Shown one piece after another: positions 60,878-64,000 of a DNA stretch of 64,000 nucleotides. Position numbers and translations under genes: made by a program. This DNA is from Bdellovibrionia bacterium. GTDB lineage: Bacteria; Bdellovibrionota; UBA1018; JBILEK01. Below the pieces are notes generated by a model. The model did not search any database and was not told where the DNA came from. It worked only from the letters and a program-made list of their open reading frames with translations. The stretch covers positions 834-64,833 of the forward strand of contig JBILEK010000003.1 in NCBI GenBank assembly GCA_044352155.1, written 5' to 3'. Each line of letters starts with the position of its first letter. The stretch's first letter is position 1.

Positions 60878-61258
60878 TTAGTCGAGACCGCCTGATGCAG
60901 GAGCGAGACGCGGAATCATTTTCCAACGCCTTGCTCTTGTCCGTCGACGAACGCGTCGTCGATCCCCCGTGCGGTTGATCGCCTCAAGCAGAGGATCCAC
61001 GAGCTCCGCAAGCGCGAGATAGAGAGTGGAGGCTGACTTCACGATCTTAAGTCCTCGGTAGCGACCCGCGCGCACAAACAGATGAACAGTGAACACATCT
61101 GCCCCTGCTTTGTGAGGAGAGTTCTCCATCTCAAGTGTCAACTGGATCGGCGAACTGCGTAACGCAGGAAAGCGATCGGCAAGTGCTTTGACTCTCGCTT
61201 CCACTGCTTCGCGAGTGATCGATGAGCTTCGTAAGCCTTTGAAGTGAATTCGAATCAT
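60878..61258 (-). CDS. hpf: Ribosome hibernation promoting factor / RaiA (short HPF)
   Basis: MIRIHFKGLRSSSITREAVEARVKALADRF...VFTVHLFV pattern matches YfiA/HPF family; GGAGG RBS upstream of ATG 61258. Confidence 0.7.
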   Translation of the reverse strand: MIRIHFKGLRSSSITREAVEARVKALADRFPALRSSPIQLTLEMENSPHKAGADVFTVHLFVRAGRYRGLKIVKSASTLYLALAELVDPLLEAINRTGDRRRVRRRTRARRWKMIPRLAPASGGLD

Positions 61259-61592
61259 GTCTCTCTCCCTCCTCCTAAATTTTTTTCCGGAATCGAACTC
61301 TGCCCCGGCAGACACGCTCCTCTCAACTGCTCGAGATGCTGAAGCGGATCGCCCGACACCCAAGGCTCGACTCGCAACAGTGCACTGCCGGTCTTAAAAC
61401 ATGGCGTCGTGACGAACACACTCCATCTCTCTCGAGCGTATCCCGCAGCCGTTGAAAGCACAGAGACAGACAACAAGACCAAGCCAACACCGAACACTCC
61501 CGCAAGAGCCAGCCCTCCAAGGAGCCATGAACGGGCTTTCTTTGACCTCAGGAGGCTTCCTGCGAGAACCAGAAGGATCTTTTTTGCATCTC

Positions 61593-62690
61593 TCATTGCG
61601 CCACCTGCAACTCTAACTCGGCACTCTTTCGAAGTACTGCGAGAATCGAGCGCTGCTCTGGGATTTGGTCGCGCTCAACCACAACCACCTCGCCCCCAGC
61701 GAGCAAAACCTTTTGCGCAAGATCATCTAATACATCGTCATCCTCGTGATCCATATCAAAGGGATGAAGACAGAGCTCGCCTGAGCGAGAATCAATCCGT
61801 CCAAAGAGCTCACGATTTTCTGCCACAACTAAAATCTCAACTTGTTGGCGCACTGCTGCTTGAGCGATTTTCTGAATCCGCGTCTCCACTCTGCGCCCAG
61901 GCTTTGTCACCCGAAGAGAGTCTAAAATCTTTTGCACTCTCAAGCGCGCATGCTCTCGGGCGAAATCCTGGAGACTTTTTTTCAGGGACTCAGCTTCTTT
62001 CTCTCTGAAAACCTGCTCCAACAAAAACACTTCGACCCCACGCCGCTCCTCAGCCCTCAAAAACGCATCACTCAACTCTCCCTGACCTACGACGATTACA
62101 GGCTTACCTTGAAGAGGTAATACGGCACGAATCCATGACCAGATCCAATTAAAATCAATCTCCTCTGAGTTATCGATCGATGCCCCCCCGACCGAGTAGC
62201 CGATGACATCCACGGCCTTAAACGAGCTCGACCCACACACATAGAGATGAGCGGCATCTTTTCCGAGCCCAATCACAACGTAGTCGCGATCGACCTGAAG
62301 CCAGGACAACAGAGGCTTCACATGAAACGTGCTCGCCACATGACAGCCTGGCCGGACTTTAGCTTCGATGGAGAGAATCCTGAAAAACCCTTTCGTGCGA
62401 AAGACTCCCACATTTCCACTCAAACTCGCCAACGCGCTCCCATCACTGAGCAATGCTTCGAGCGGAGCGAGAAACTCCTTCATCTCCCGCTCAGTCATCG
62501 CGGGAATTAACACATCTTTCGCGTCAAAAATCGCGCGATTGAGATCGCCCTTCAAAAGCGCAAGGTCTCCTCGATTCTCAAGATAAATCGTCAAGTGAGT
62601 TTGATTCCCCGATGCCACAATGAAACCAAACGCATTTCTCCAATCCCTCGTCATCAAACATCCTCCTTGTACGCCTTGATCCGAGACCAA
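61593..62690 (-). CDS. eRF1/Pelota-like domain protein (bacterial archaeo-eukaryotic release-factor-like, baeRF-type)
   Basis: N-terminal NAFGFIVASGNQTHL resembles eRF1 domain 2 (KFGFIVMDGQGTLFG); C-terminal VEILVVAENRELFGRI...DDVLDDLAQKVLLAGGEVVVVERDQ...ILAVLR resembles eRF1/Pelota domain 3. Confidence 0.5.
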   Translation of the reverse strand: MVSDQGVQGGCLMTRDWRNAFGFIVASGNQTHLTIYLENRGDLALLKGDLNRAIFDAKDVLIPAMTEREMKEFLAPLEALLSDGSALASLSGNVGVFRTKGFFRILSIEAKVRPGCHVASTFHVKPLLSWLQVDRDYVVIGLGKDAAHLYVCGSSSFKAVDVIGYSVGGASIDNSEEIDFNWIWSWIRAVLPLQGKPVIVVGQGELSDAFLRAEERRGVEVFLLEQVFREKEAESLKKSLQDFAREHARLRVQKILDSLRVTKPGRRVETRIQKIAQAAVRQQVEILVVAENRELFGRIDSRSGELCLHPFDMDHEDDDVLDDLAQKVLLAGGEVVVVERDQIPEQRSILAVLRKSAELELQVAQ

Positions 62691-62762
62691 AGCCTAACGA
62701 CCAGAGGACGCGCGCGAAATTGGATAATTCAGAACTGATGAATCGAAAATTACGAAGAACAA

Positions 62763-63638
62763 CTAACCAAAGCGAAACTCTCGGAAAAGCCTCGACGCAA
62801 CGGGGTTTTCGATCTTTCGACTGGCTGAGACCAAGTAGATCTCCTCAAATACTCCTTCAAGTCTCCCGAGCATCATCAGCTCACCTTTTTTTACGAGATC
62901 CTCAACAGCAAGCTCTGGCACTGGGATCACGCCGATTGCACGCGCACCCAAAATTTTTTGCAAGCTCGTGTCTTGCGTCTCCGCCACCACCTCGGGCTGA
63001 ATACGAAGATCCCTGAAAAACTGATCGATATCTTGCCTGAGCTTACTGTGTACGGTGGGAAGTACAATCGGCTGTGCATCGAGCGACTGAGGAAACCCGC
63101 GTTTTAAGGCCTTATGCTGGGGCGAGGCATAGATCGACACCGGCAAATGTCCAATGGAGCGCACAAAAATTTTTTCTGTCCCAGACACTGAGGGACGATG
63201 ATTTGACATCAGCAGATCGATCCGATGCGAGGTGAGCTCACGCAAAAGCTCTGCATCATGCCCCTCCAAGACCGAGACACTGCAGCGCTGAACTTGATAC
63301 GCCGCCTCTACCCAACGATAGAGCAACTGCTTGGGAATGCTATCGAGCGCTCCAAGTTGGACATGGATCCGCGTGGGCTTTTTTCGATCTTCGAGCGCAT
63401 CCATCATCTCTGAGCCAAGTCGGAAGATCTCTTTGGCGTATTGAAACGCGACCCTCCCCTGCTCATTGAGGATCAGACGCTTATGCTGGCGATCAAAAAG
63501 GGGGATCCCCAGATGCTCTTCGAGTGTTTTAAGCTGGGCTGAGAGCGTCGGCTGACCGAGACGAAGACGCTCGGCGGCCCGTGCAATGCTCCCCTCCTCA
63601 GCAATGACCTTGAAGTAAAGCAAATGATGATAGTTCAC
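62763..63638 (-). CDS. LysR-family transcriptional regulator, NhaR-like (GTG start; ORF track allows 63668)
   Basis: VNYHHLLYFKVIAEEGSIARAAERLRLGQPTLSAQLKTLE matches NhaR N-terminal HTH. Confidence 0.75.
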   Translation of the reverse strand: MNYHHLLYFKVIAEEGSIARAAERLRLGQPTLSAQLKTLEEHLGIPLFDRQHKRLILNEQGRVAFQYAKEIFRLGSEMMDALEDRKKPTRIHVQLGALDSIPKQLLYRWVEAAYQVQRCSVSVLEGHDAELLRELTSHRIDLLMSNHRPSVSGTEKIFVRSIGHLPVSIYASPQHKALKRGFPQSLDAQPIVLPTVHSKLRQDIDQFFRDLRIQPEVVAETQDTSLQKILGARAIGVIPVPELAVEDLVKKGELMMLGRLEGVFEEIYLVSASRKIENPVASRLFREFRFG

Positions 63639-63757
63639 CCAAGGTTCCACAACAGACCTCCCGAACACTTGCGATCGTTATAATTCTATTAAAACGAATC
63701 ATAACAGTATATTTATCGATTTGAGCAAATCAACCCACTCAAGGATACTCACAAACA

Positions 63758-64000
63758 AATGACGGACATGCTTCTTTTTCCCTTTGCAGAATATGCTTGG
63801 CTTTATGGTGCGTTTATCGCGTTTGTGTGTGCGATGCTTGCGTTGGATCTTGGAGTGTTTCATCGCAACGCGCATGTCGTTACCTTTCGGGAGGCGGCGG
63901 GGTGGAGCATATTCTGGGTGAGCTTGTCCTTGTTTCTCAACTACGGGTTCTACGCATACGCACTCCATAAGTTTCAAACCGATCCCGCCTACACTGTGCT
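63758..64000 (+). CDS. TerC-family integral membrane protein (partial, continues past window end)
   Basis: ATG 63758; MTDMLLFPFAEYAWLYGAFIAFVCAMLALDLGVFHR...EAAGWSIFWVSLSLFLNYGF typical TerC/Alx N-terminus. Confidence 0.7.

Noticed and set aside
61286-61300. GAGTTCGATTCCGG on the minus strand resembling a tRNA T-arm
   Set aside because: No complementary T-stem, no acceptor or D arm can be built around it. It lies in the HPF leader next to a simple hairpin.
61259-61592. Possible sigma-54 promoter (GGCAGTGCACTGTTGC) upstream of hpf
   Set aside because: The GG-to-GC spacing is 14, not the required 12. Not credible without further evidence.
61409-62008. 199-aa plus-strand ORF
   Set aside because: Antisense to the eRF1-like gene, which has the better domain support.

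Overview
This 64-kb window reads as a chromosomal region from a moderate-GC (about 53-56% by eye) Gram-negative bacterium, densely coding with roughly 60 genes. The gene content resembles Bdellovibrio-and-like or other deltaproteobacterial/Oligoflexia genomes (inference, low confidence). Mostly housekeeping and cell-envelope genes: a complete alternative complex III operon (actABCDEF), system II cytochrome c biogenesis (ccsBA), enolase-ftsB-csp, hrpB, sthA, thyA, uvrD/pcrA, queF, an Nfu-type Fe-S protein, a leucine-catabolism cluster (methylcrotonyl-CoA carboxylase, hydratase, HMG-CoA lyase), rmlBAC, one tRNA-Thr(CGT), and HPF. Accessory or unusual content: (1) an intact IS1-family insertion sequence (40178-41339) with 25-bp perfect terminal inverted repeats whose outer ends encode the last codons and stop codons of both convergent neighbours (an S8 protease and ccsA), plus a solo 18-19-bp copy of the same IR end supplying the identical KNWLR-stop tail of a NUDIX gene 14 kb away; (2) an orphan CpaF/TadA secretion ATPase co-transcribed with an exported cupredoxin-like protein and divergent from a 744-aa protein carrying a type IV prepilin N-terminus; (3) an eRF1/Pelota-like (baeRF-type) protein next to the ribosome hibernation factor; (4) an HNH nuclease / MBL-fold hydrolase / MepA-like peptidase string under a divergent XRE regulator with a perfect 16-bp palindrome; (5) homopolymeric G10/C10/C8 tracts at two promoter-proximal sites; (6) several secreted peptidases (S8, C25-like, HExxH, M48, MepA-like) and TPR-rich exported proteins. 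All calls come from reading the six-frame ORF track and the raw sequence by eye (motifs, operon logic); no database search was run.
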